From the sequence record SRR31156797_3141: a stretch of 38,946 nucleotides of DNA; one strand, given 5' to 3'. Shown piece by piece: positions 18,453 to 27,007 of the stretch. How positions within the stretch are numbered: the stretch's first letter is position 1; each line of letters starts with the position of its first letter. The notes under the pieces were generated by a model. That model did not search any database and was not told the origin of the DNA. It saw only the letters and a program-made list of their open reading frames with translations. The translations under genes were made by a program, and so were the position numbers.

Positions 18453-19348
18453 TGAAAAAAGCGCTGGTCGTTGGTGGCTCCGGGTTCCTGGGCAAACATC
18501 TGCTTGAAGCATTGAAAAGTAAGGAGATGGAGGTTTTTGCTGTCCGACATAAAAATCCACTTAACGGAATATCAAAAGGTCACCAGATAGCAGGTGGTTT
18601 AAGTAGTATCGATATAAAATTGTTGGATAAGATAGAACCAAACATCATCTTTCATTTGGCCCGGCCGACATTCCCTATGCTTAAAAAGTGGGGAAGAAAG
18701 TTTGCTGCTCTTCATGCTGCATGGTTGAATTACAACCTTTTAAAAAACCTGCAAAGTTCATCATCAAAGCCTTTGCTGGTTTTTGCTTCGGGAAGCCTGA
18801 TGTACGGAAACAGTGCGGATCCGCATTTCGAGGACAATCCATTAAATCCGATCAGCTTTGCCCGGCAATACTACAAAGGAGAATTGCCCATTGTTGATGC
18901 TGCAAAAATAAACAAATACCCGGTTCAGGTTTGCCGGTTGCCCTGGCTTTTGGGTAATGGTTCCTGGTTTAAGTGGTTTTATCTTGAGAATATCCGTAAA
19001 AGCAAATCCATCCCGAAATTTGGAGATGGACAAAATCTTATGGAGATCATCGATGTTAGAGATGCCGTGAAGCTGATGGTTAAAATTGCTTTTGAAAATG
19101 GAAATCATGGGATCATTAATATTCCTTCCAAAAGTGCAATTACACAGCAACAATTTCTCGAACAGGCAGCCAAAGTTTTTGATGCCCGAATTGTTGATTT
19201 TCCAATGCTTTACCCCGGAAAGGTTGAGAAGGCTGTTATCGAAGCTTATACTTCCAATATTGTTTTGCGTTCGAAATATCCTGAGTTTTTTAAGGGTTTT
19301 GAGTATTCCTCTTTGGAAGATAACCTTGAGTTTGTGAAAGATGGGTGA
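18452..19348 (+). CDS. NAD(P)-binding epimerase/dehydratase-like (atypical SDR) protein
   Basis: GGSGFLG Rossmann motif, IFHLA, IDVRDA; TGATG coupling to the upstream gene. Confidence 0.8.
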   Translation: MKKALVVGGSGFLGKHLLEALKSKEMEVFAVRHKNPLNGISKGHQIAGGLSSIDIKLLDKIEPNIIFHLARPTFPMLKKWGRKFAALHAAWLNYNLLKNLQSSSSKPLLVFASGSLMYGNSADPHFEDNPLNPISFARQYYKGELPIVDAAKINKYPVQVCRLPWLLGNGSWFKWFYLENIRKSKSIPKFGDGQNLMEIIDVRDAVKLMVKIAFENGNHGIINIPSKSAITQQQFLEQAAKVFDARIVDFPMLYPGKVEKAVIEAYTSNIVLRSKYPEFFKGFEYSSLEDNLEFVKDG

Positions 19349-19385
19349 AATGCCATTGTGAGGGAATTAATTGATTCCCGCCGGA

Positions 19386-19698
19386 ATCGTTTCAGGATTT
19401 TCCCGCATAAATGTAGTCTGATTGAAAAATGTCACCCTTTCAGGGTTTGTTTTTTTTCGGCTCTGGCCAGGGTATAGTAATACCATCCCTTCGGGATTTT
19501 CATGGCTTCCTGGTCTTTTCCAATTCTCCTGCTCCTTTGGGATTATTGCATATTCAGGATGTGACCTAATGGTTGATCAGATGAACACAAACCCTTGATA
19601 TCCTGAACCATTTGAGCTTTTTCATGTATCCGCGAAGGGGTGAAATGAACATAAGTGCTTAGTACCTGTCCAATCCAAAAATTCCGAAGGAGTGACAA
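19386..19698. repeat. Decayed cluster of REP-like triloop hairpins with about 50-nt period
   Basis: Plus-oriented copies: atcgt-ttc-aggat, gtcaccct-ttc-agggt, ccatccc-ttc-gggat, gctcc-ttt-gggat. Minus-oriented copies: tttcacccc-ttc-gcgga and tgtcactcc-ttc-ggaat. Confidence 0.65.
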
Positions 19699-19848
19699 GG
19701 CCGTTTGGCTATGGTTTAAAAACCGGGTCATCGGTAAGTTGAATTATCAAAGCATAAATGCCATTTTGGTCAGATATCTCCGTCTGTGATTGTAATTATT
19801 TCCTCATTCTGACAGGAAAAATTTTTGGTCGGGAACAATAACAGGCAT

Positions 19849-19871
19849 TACTTTGTAGTTCAAAGTACTTT
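19849..19871. promoter_or_regulatory. Palindromic operator, copy 1
   Basis: TACTTTG-tagtt-CAAAGTA-CTTT just upstream of ATG 19888; repeated at 20834. Confidence 0.8.
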
Positions 19872-19887
19872 AGAAAAATTTAACGCT

Positions 19888-20529
19888 ATGGAAAATTCAA
19901 AAGAACTCAAAGACCTGCAGGAGATCAAAAGCCTCATGGAAAGGTCATCCCGGTTTCTTTCATTAAGCGGTTTGTCGGGTATTTCTGCCGGCATCATTGC
20001 GCTGGTGGCTGCCGCAATAACCTACTATCTGCTGGATTTTGGCAGAATTAAGTACGACGAAAGTTTCTATCTGATCCGACCGATGCTTGAGCTGGATTAT
20101 GAGTTGAACCTACTCCCTAAATTATTACTTCTGGCAGTTGTTACTTTTCTGCTGGCACTCACTTCTGCCATCTATTTTTCATGGCGAAAAGCCAAAAAAC
20201 ACAATTATCCGGTATGGGATCACACCACAAAACGTATGCTGTTCCAACTGCTTATTCCATTAATTACAGGAGGGTTTTTTTTGCTGATCCTGCTTAGCAG
20301 AAACGATGGAACTTTGTTGGCAGCCACAACGCTGATATTTTATGGTCTGGCACTTGTGAATGCCGGAAAATATACACTCCGCGAAGTTCAATACCTCGGT
20401 ATTTTGGAGATAATATTAGGTTTGCTGGCCGGAATCTACACCAATTTGGGATTGTTGTTCTGGGCTGTTGGTTTTGGAGTGTTACACATAATTTACGGAT
20501 TGGTGATGTATTACCGCTATGAAAGATGA
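19888..20529 (+). CDS. Integral membrane protein associated with the creD cluster
   Basis: IKSLMERSSRFLSLSGLSG followed by about 6 TM helices and GFGVLHIIYG; likely start ATG 19888. Confidence 0.85.
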   Translation: MENSKELKDLQEIKSLMERSSRFLSLSGLSGISAGIIALVAAAITYYLLDFGRIKYDESFYLIRPMLELDYELNLLPKLLLLAVVTFLLALTSAIYFSWRKAKKHNYPVWDHTTKRMLFQLLIPLITGGFFLLILLSRNDGTLLAATTLIFYGLALVNAGKYTLREVQYLGILEIILGLLAGIYTNLGLLFWAVGFGVLHIIYGLVMYYRYER

Positions 20530-20819
20530 AAAACATCATTGCGAATTTAAATAAGGCTTTTGAGAACCGGATCAGGTTGGGGATCATGTCGGTGCTGATG
20601 GTGAACGACTGGGTGGATTTCAATACCCTGAAAGACTTGCTGGAAACCACTGACGGTAACCTGGCCAGTCACTTGAAAGCGCTTGAAGATAAGGCACTCA
20701 TCCGCATGAAGAAGCAATTCGTAGGCCGAAAACCCAAAACAAGCTACCAGACAACAGAACAGGGGAGGGCTTTGTTCCGTCAGCACCTGACAGCCCTGGA
20801 AGATTTGATAAATCAATAA
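20526..20819 (+). CDS. Winged-helix transcriptional regulator (ArsR/MarR-like, HTH_34 type)
   Basis: RIRLGIMSVL, DFNTLKDLL, TDGNLASHLKALE, KPKTSY; ATGA overlap with the upstream gene. Confidence 0.9.
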   Translation: MKNIIANLNKAFENRIRLGIMSVLMVNDWVDFNTLKDLLETTDGNLASHLKALEDKALIRMKKQFVGRKPKTSYQTTEQGRALFRQHLTALEDLINQ

Positions 20820-20833
20820 TTTTTTTCATCAGT

Positions 20834-20856
20834 TACTTTGAATTACAAAGTACTTT
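20834..20856. promoter_or_regulatory. Palindromic operator, copy 2
   Basis: TACTTTG-aatta-CAAAGTA-CTTT just upstream of the creD ATG. Confidence 0.8.
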
Positions 20857-20868
20857 AAAAAACGAATT

Positions 20869-22185
20869 ATGCAAACAGCTCAAGACATTTATCAGCGATT
20901 ATCACGCTCGGTCACGGCGAAAGTGATCATCATCGGGATCATGATCCTGGTGCTTTTAATTCCATCATTTATGGTTCAGGGGCTTATTGAAGAACGACAA
21001 AGAAACCGGGATGAAGTGGTGCAGGAGGTTAGCGATAAGTGGGGGCGGTCTCAAACAGTTGCAGGCCCCATTCTTTCGATACCATATTTTCAGTATCGGC
21101 AGGTAAATGGCGAAATCATTAAAGATAACCGGACTTTGTTTGTGCTCCCGGATAAACTCGATGTGGAAGGACAAATCACTCCTGAAATCCGGCAACGAAA
21201 TATATACAAGGTCATCGTTTACAACTCGGCTGTTGCGATGGGGGCTGTTTTTGATATGCCGGATATAAACCAGTTTGATATTCCGTTGGATCAGGTTAAA
21301 TGGGACAAAGCCACCATCCTGTTTGGGCTTTCTGACCTTCGCGGTATCCAGGAGGAGATCAATGTGCAATTTGACGGAAACGAATATCCCGCCGAATCCG
21401 GGCTTAAATACCATGGGTTTTCAAATTCGGGATTTACTTCACTGGTAAACCTGAATCCCGAAAAGAAGCAATTCAATTTCAGCTTAAATTTAAAACTCAG
21501 TGGCAGTAAAAGCATCTTTTTTACGCCTGTTGGGAAAACCACCAAGGTTACTCTCAAATCACCATGGTCTACACCTTCGTTCGATGGCAACTTCCTGCCC
21601 GATAACCACCAGGTGAATGATGATGGTTTCGAGGCCAGCTGGACGGTGCTTGACCTGAACCGGAATTACCCGCAAATCTGGGACAACCAAACGCGATTTA
21701 TCGAAGACTCTGCTTTCGGTGTTAAACTTCTCTTTCCGGTGGATGAATACCAAAAGTCGATGCGTTCGGCCAAATATGCCATCATGTTCATCGCCCTCAC
21801 ATTCCTGGTTTTTTTGTTTGTTGAGATCATCAACAAAAAGCGCATTCACCCCGTGCAGTACCTTTTGGTGAGTGTTGCCCTACTGGTTTTTTACACCTTG
21901 TTGCTGTCCTTATCCGAGCAAATCGGGTTTAATCTGGCATACATCATTTCAGCGGTTGCCATCATCAGCATGATCACCATTTACACCTTCAGCATTTTCA
22001 AATCTACCCGCCTGATGTTTGGAACTGCCGGATTTTTAACGATTCTTTACGGTTTTATGTACAGTATTCTCCAGATGGAAGATTATGCTTTGCTTTTCGG
22101 GAGTATAGGGCTTTTCATCATTTTGAGTGCGATCATGTATTTATCCCGAAAAATCAACTGGTACGGGCAAATCAGCTCATCATAA
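20869..22185 (+). CDS. creD: Inner membrane protein CreD
   Basis: LLIP...LIEER, Q.VAGP, DLRGI, PSFDGNFLP, RSAKYA, IHPVQYLLV, LLLSLSE, EDYALLFGS, RKINW. Confidence 0.93.
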   Translation: MQTAQDIYQRLSRSVTAKVIIIGIMILVLLIPSFMVQGLIEERQRNRDEVVQEVSDKWGRSQTVAGPILSIPYFQYRQVNGEIIKDNRTLFVLPDKLDVEGQITPEIRQRNIYKVIVYNSAVAMGAVFDMPDINQFDIPLDQVKWDKATILFGLSDLRGIQEEINVQFDGNEYPAESGLKYHGFSNSGFTSLVNLNPEKKQFNFSLNLKLSGSKSIFFTPVGKTTKVTLKSPWSTPSFDGNFLPDNHQVNDDGFEASWTVLDLNRNYPQIWDNQTRFIEDSAFGVKLLFPVDEYQKSMRSAKYAIMFIALTFLVFLFVEIINKKRIHPVQYLLVSVALLVFYTLLLSLSEQIGFNLAYIISAVAIISMITIYTFSIFKSTRLMFGTAGFLTILYGFMYSILQMEDYALLFGSIGLFIILSAIMYLSRKINWYGQISSS

Positions 22186-22444
22186 AATTATAGAAGTAAA
22201 AATCACGGATTACACAGATCCGGTAAAACAAACAACTTCATTTTATCATCAAAGAAAAAAGTAATCATCTAATTGCTCTAATTATACCGCAGGTGCGGTA
22301 TTTATTCGTGAAATTAGTTGAATACGATGAAAAAAACACAAATGACAAAAAATAATTGAAAGCTGGAAATATAAAAATCGTGAATTTGTTAGCAATAGCG
22401 ATTTTGCAAAACCCTAGTTTTAATCGAAACCATTAAAAATTGAT

Positions 22445-23140
22445 ATGAATACATTGCGATATAATTGGCTGAGCGAAACGTTCATTAAGCATAGATTGCT
22501 GGCAATTGCAATGCTTGCCACATTGTTTAGTTTGGGATTACAGAGTTTTAGAATCGTTTATACCGGGTCTTTGTTTTATTCCAACCTGGTTTGGAACCTC
22601 TTTCTGGCTTTCATTCCTTTATTGATTAGTTATCTGATGCTCAAGGCGAACTACAAACAGCGCTATTTTTTCCTTCTGCCCGGCTTCTTGTGGTTGTTGT
22701 TTCTCCCCAATGCTCCGTATCTCATTACAGATTTCGTGCATTTCGACGATCGGAAAATAATTCCACCTTGGTTCGACCTGATGTTGCTGATGTCGTTTGC
22801 CTGGACAGGTTTGATTTACTGGATGATCAGCATGCGGTATTTCAACGAAATACTGAACAGGGGAAAAGTCTCAGGCATTAATTTGGCAATAAACCAGTTG
22901 ATTATATTTTTAACAGCTGTTGGTGTTTACCTGGGCAGGGATGGCCGGTTTAACAGTTGGGATGTGTTTATAAACCCGGGTGAAATCATCAGCTATGTTT
23001 TCTACATGGTATGGTACCCTTTTGAAAATCTAAGTTTCTATGGGATGACTTTGACCATGCATGTTTTCCTTACGTTGCTCTGGTACTTTTTTTCCTGGTC
23101 GAATAAGGTCGGTTCGGGATACAAATCGATTTTAAAATAA
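22445..23140 (+). CDS. DUF1361-family membrane protein
   Basis: LVWNLFLAFIP, WLLFLPNAPYLITDFVH, GVYLGR..RFNSWD. Confidence 0.88.
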   Translation: MNTLRYNWLSETFIKHRLLAIAMLATLFSLGLQSFRIVYTGSLFYSNLVWNLFLAFIPLLISYLMLKANYKQRYFFLLPGFLWLLFLPNAPYLITDFVHFDDRKIIPPWFDLMLLMSFAWTGLIYWMISMRYFNEILNRGKVSGINLAINQLIIFLTAVGVYLGRDGRFNSWDVFINPGEIISYVFYMVWYPFENLSFYGMTLTMHVFLTLLWYFFSWSNKVGSGYKSILK

Positions 23141-23145
23141 AAAAA

Positions 23146-23170
23146 AACCGGCAACCCAATGGCTGCCGGT
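23146..23170. terminator. Terminator between the convergent DUF1361 and P460 genes
   Basis: accggcaacc-caat-ggctgccggt preceded by an A-run (a U-tract on the minus strand). Confidence 0.65.
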
Positions 23171-23276
23171 ATTAGATTGCCTGTAAATCCAGTTGTTTAT
23201 GAAATTATGCGTAGCAAAATGAAAAACTTGAAATCAAATTTTGATTTACAGGCTTTGTATGGTTGCGTAAGTTGGT

Positions 23277-23771
23277 CTACTTTGAAAACACATAATCGGT
23301 GTCAGCAGTAGCCGCATGACAACCCCAGCACATACCGTCAAACAGGCCACGTTCGGCAATGTCGCCGGTGGCAGGATCGAGCATGAACCACTCCCAGTCG
23401 TTGTGATCTGGATCGAAACCGTTGCCACGTTTGGCCATGGCCGTTAATCCGATAACGTCCCCACCTTCGTTTTTTACCTCCTTAAAGAACATGGTTCCCA
23501 CAGGGTATTTGCCACCATCACTGCGGTTGTCGGTGTTGTTTTGCCAGACTTTTCTGGTTGCAGTTGAATCATTACCCGCATGTGCAGGGCCTAAAGCGGC
23601 ATCAGGGCCCATGGTTTCCACGATGAAACTCCATGCATCGTAGTTTTCAAATGAGCTGTCGTCGGCAATAAATTCCGTAACAGGGTCATCATCATCGTCA
23701 TCATCGCATGATGTTAGGACGAAGCCAAAGGCCGCTAAAAAAATTAACATTAAAGAAAATTTACGTTTCAT
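23277..23771 (-). CDS. Cytochrome P460-family lipoprotein
   Basis: Lipobox VLTSC, acidic linker, YPVGTMFFKE, AMAKR..GF...DWEW, C-terminal CWGCH...DYVF. Confidence 0.8.
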   Translation of the reverse strand: MKRKFSLMLIFLAAFGFVLTSCDDDDDDDPVTEFIADDSSFENYDAWSFIVETMGPDAALGPAHAGNDSTATRKVWQNNTDNRSDGGKYPVGTMFFKEVKNEGGDVIGLTAMAKRGNGFDPDHNDWEWFMLDPATGDIAERGLFDGMCWGCHAATADTDYVFSK

Positions 23772-24134
23772 AAGCTTAAAATTTAAAGGTTTAACATTCG
23801 AATGGTTATTTATTTAGTTATTAGGTCATTAAGTTATTCGTTATTCGGGAAATTCTAAAAACCTGATCTTCATTTGATCAACCATTAACCAATAACTTCT
23901 CAAACAAGACAGGCAGGCAATTTCCAGATATATCATGGCAGTGAGTAGCGTGTAGCTTATGAGTAGACTTGAAAATGTAAATTGAGAAATGTTACCTACC
24001 TGGAAATTGCCGCCTGATATTTTATACTTCAGGTACTGATATTGCCATGGTTTTTCCTGTCTGGCAAGTACTGGTGAAAATGACCTTTTTTGAAAATTTC
24101 ATATTTGTAAGTATTTTAAAATTGTTCCGGTATA

Positions 24135-24163
24135 TTGGTCGAAGCCTATTTAAAATCCTTACA
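24135..24163 (-). promoter_or_regulatory. ECF sigma-type promoter just downstream of the anti-sigma gene, pointing at the P460 gene
   Basis: Minus strand TGTAAG-N16-CGACC. Confidence 0.55.
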
Positions 24164-24171
24164 AAAAAGGC

Positions 24172-24462
24172 TTACTTTTTTCCAAGATTTTTTTCTATTT
24201 CTTCCTGAATCCTGTGCCTGATCTCACTTTGGAGGTGTAAGTGGTTTTCTGGGAAATTACCTGTAAATGAATTAAGCTGGATGGAAATTGCGTCGTTGAG
24301 CAGGTTGCTCTGTTTTTGATACTGTTTACAGGCATTGCACATGGTGGTATGCATCGAAAGCCTGATGGTCTCTGCGGTGGAAAGTCCATCGAATGATTTT
24401 TTTTCGATCAGCCGGGTTGCTTTCGTACACGACAACATCAAAATATTCATCAAAGTATTCAT
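24172..24462 (-). CDS. zf-HC2 (ZAS) anti-sigma factor, soluble
   Basis: LSCTKATRLIEK...LSMHTTMCNAC (C...HxxxCxxC); no TM segment; follows the ECF sigma gene. Confidence 0.85.
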   Translation of the reverse strand: MNTLMNILMLSCTKATRLIEKKSFDGLSTAETIRLSMHTTMCNACKQYQKQSNLLNDAISIQLNSFTGNFPENHLHLQSEIRHRIQEEIEKNLGKK

Positions 24463-24482
24463 TGCAGTTTTCTGATTAATGG

Positions 24483-25088
24483 TTAATCTAAAAAGTTTTC
24501 TTCAATACACGCCCTGAGTTGAAGTTTTGAGCGGTGCATAATCACCCATAAATTTGACGGCGTGATATTTAAATCCTTACAGATTTCAGGCGTTCTTTTT
24601 TCTTCTAGAAATTTTAATGTGATGAGCGCAAGCCACTTATCTGGTAAGAGTTCCATGCAAAATTTAAGTATCCGCGTGAACTCATCATCATCCAGTAATT
24701 CGTTATCATCTTCGTGCCAGTTAACAGGCCGGTCTTTTTTGTTCCATCTTCCATACTGGTCAAAATACCTGTTGAGAAATGGGGCTCCCTGGTTGTCATG
24801 TTTCATTTCACTTTCGCCCATTTCATATTTCACAAAGGCCTTCCTGAAATGATCTACAATTTTATTTTTGAGAATGGCAAACAGCCAGGTTTTTTCAGTG
24901 CTGTTTCCTTTAAAGTTTTCCATGGCATGAAGCGCAGAAAGAAAAGTTTCCTGTACCAGGTCTTCAGCTACAGCCTTTTTACCAGTGCGATGATATGCCC
25001 AGGAGTAAAGGTCGTCGCCATACTTTTTTACCCACAATTCAGGATTAAATACTTTGGATGCGCTCTTTGTCATAACAGACTTCTTCAA
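24483..25088 (-). CDS. ECF sigma-70 factor
   Basis: AEDLVQETFLSA, TWLFAILKNKIVD, EICKDLNITPSNLWVIMHRSKLQLRAC. The start may be TTG 25088 or ATG 25073. Confidence 0.92.
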   Translation of the reverse strand: MKKSVMTKSASKVFNPELWVKKYGDDLYSWAYHRTGKKAVAEDLVQETFLSALHAMENFKGNSTEKTWLFAILKNKIVDHFRKAFVKYEMGESEMKHDNQGAPFLNRYFDQYGRWNKKDRPVNWHEDDNELLDDDEFTRILKFCMELLPDKWLALITLKFLEEKRTPEICKDLNITPSNLWVIMHRSKLQLRACIEENFLD

Positions 25089-25400
25089 CTGTTACTGTTG
25101 TTTTTTGTTCACATCCTTCTCCTGAATCCGGGCTGAAAGGGAACTATATTATTCACGGTAATTGAAAAAAAACGTCAAAAACAAAGCGCATGAAATTCTC
25201 GAGCCTGATGAGTTTACTAATGATAAAAGGGGTGGTATTAAAGCGACCGACATGTAGTCCTTTGGCGTTTCCTGCAAAGACTAATTAAATCCTTTCCAAA
25301 TTGGTTTGGATCGTAAATTTGTCATTTTCTAAAAAGGAATATTTTGTTCCTTTGAAGGTTCAATTCACCATTTGCTTATTGAAATAAAAAACCAGATTTT

Positions 25401-26921
25401 ATGACCTATATAGTTACCGGATCCAACCTTCAGATCGAAGATATTGTAAACGTTGCACGATATTACCAAAAAGTAAAAATACATCCTGATGCACTGGCGA
25501 GAATAAAAAAATGCCGGGCGATGCTTGAGAAAAAAATCGAGAACAAGGAAATCATGTATGGCGTAAATACCGGGATAGGCGAATTTTCGGAAGTTGTACT
25601 TGATGATGACCAGGTAAAAGATTTCCAGAAATATCTCATTTACAATCACGCTGCCGGGATTGGCGATCCAATGCCTTTGGAATATGTCCGCGGCGCCATG
25701 TTGGGAAGAATAAACGTGCATGCTCACGGGAACTCGGGTATCCGTCCTGAGATTACGCTCACACTTGTGGAAATGTTGAACAAAGGTGTTACACCCTGGG
25801 TGTGCCAAAAAGGTTCTGTTGGTGCCAGCGGAGACCTCGCTCCGATGTCACAGATTGCGTTGCTGATGATGGGAGAAGGCAGGGCCTATTTTGAGGGTGA
25901 ACTTTACGAAGGCAAAGAAGCAATGGACAGGGCAGGCATTGAAATTCCGGGATTACAGGCACGTGATGGGCTTGGTACGATCAACGGCTCAAATGTGTTA
26001 ACGGCCATGAGTGCCCTGTTTTTGTATGATGCCAACAATTGGCTCAAGCAGGCCGAAATTGCAGCGTCCATGTCGCTGGAAGCGTTAAAGGCAAACATGA
26101 AACCATACAACAGTAAAATCCATGAAGTACGTGGTTTTAGTGGTGCCGTTAGAAGTGCTGCAGCCATCAAAAAAATGGTTTTGGGCGGTGACCTGGACGA
26201 GTGCCGGATAGCCTGTAAAGTTCAGGACGCCTACTCGATGCGCTCCACCCCGCAGGTGATTGGTGCCGCCCACGATGCACTGGATTATGCCCGTTCGCAG
26301 GTTGAAATAGAATTGAATGGCGTGGGTGATAACCCGATCTTTTTCCCGGATGAGAATTTACAGCTTTCCGGAGCCAATTTCCAGGGAACACCGGTTTCGC
26401 TACCCATGGATATGGCCGGGGCTGCCATCACCATGGTGAGTGTGCTTTCGGAACGCCGCATGAACCGCCTGAATAACCCTGCACTCAGCGTTGGTTTACC
26501 GGCATTTCTCACCAAAGGAGCAGGCATGTTTTCAGGATTGATGCTTAGCCAGTATACTGCCGATATGCAAATTGTGGAACAGCGGATCCTGAGTGCTCCC
26601 GCTTCTGTTCAATCCATTCCTGCCGCCGCAGACCAGGAAGATTTCGTGTCGATGGGAATGAATACTGCCATTAAAAATTTCCAGATTCTGGATAATGCCT
26701 ATGGAATTCTGGGTATCGAATTTATGGCTGCAGCTCAGGCACTTGATTTCAGGGAATACGAATTTGGTAAAGGAACCAAAAAAGCAAAAGAGGTTGTAAG
26801 GAAACACGTGGAATTTCTGGATGTTGACCGTCCGCTTTATGACGATCACAACAAAATGAAAGCACTTGTGAAATCGTGTGAAATTCTGGAGGAAGTAGAA
26901 AAAGAGATCGGATTGCTGTAA
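25401..26921 (+). CDS. hutH: MIO-dependent aromatic amino acid ammonia-lyase, histidine ammonia-lyase-like
   Basis: YGVNTG, GSVGASGDLAP (ASG triad), INGS, QDAYSMR, DNP, ANFQG, QEDFVSMG; TAAATTTG promoter at 25314-25321. Confidence 0.8.
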   Translation: MTYIVTGSNLQIEDIVNVARYYQKVKIHPDALARIKKCRAMLEKKIENKEIMYGVNTGIGEFSEVVLDDDQVKDFQKYLIYNHAAGIGDPMPLEYVRGAMLGRINVHAHGNSGIRPEITLTLVEMLNKGVTPWVCQKGSVGASGDLAPMSQIALLMMGEGRAYFEGELYEGKEAMDRAGIEIPGLQARDGLGTINGSNVLTAMSALFLYDANNWLKQAEIAASMSLEALKANMKPYNSKIHEVRGFSGAVRSAAAIKKMVLGGDLDECRIACKVQDAYSMRSTPQVIGAAHDALDYARSQVEIELNGVGDNPIFFPDENLQLSGANFQGTPVSLPMDMAGAAITMVSVLSERRMNRLNNPALSVGLPAFLTKGAGMFSGLMLSQYTADMQIVEQRILSAPASVQSIPAAADQEDFVSMGMNTAIKNFQILDNAYGILGIEFMAAAQALDFREYEFGKGTKKAKEVVRKHVEFLDVDRPLYDDHNKMKALVKSCEILEEVEKEIGLL

Positions 26922-27007
26922 TAGATAAATGTGCTATACGCTCTCATTTAACAATGAATGGTTAAACCATTTGTTAGGTCATGGGTTAAATATCAAAACA
27001 CAACATT

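Noticed and set aside
19386-19698. Possible CRISPR array (periodic palindromic repeats)
   Set aside because: The repeats are short and degenerate, change orientation midway, and there are no cas genes. Reported as REP-like instead.
19543-19731. Minus-strand 62-aa ORF containing MVQDIKG..SS, reminiscent of IS200 TnpA
   Set aside because: It has no HUH motif or catalytic Tyr region, and it runs through two REP-like copies, so the resemblance is probably chance.
23800-23850. Short gttatt/gtcatt tandem motifs upstream of the P460 gene
   Set aside because: Low-complexity AT-rich sequence with irregular spacing; it cannot be distinguished from chance.
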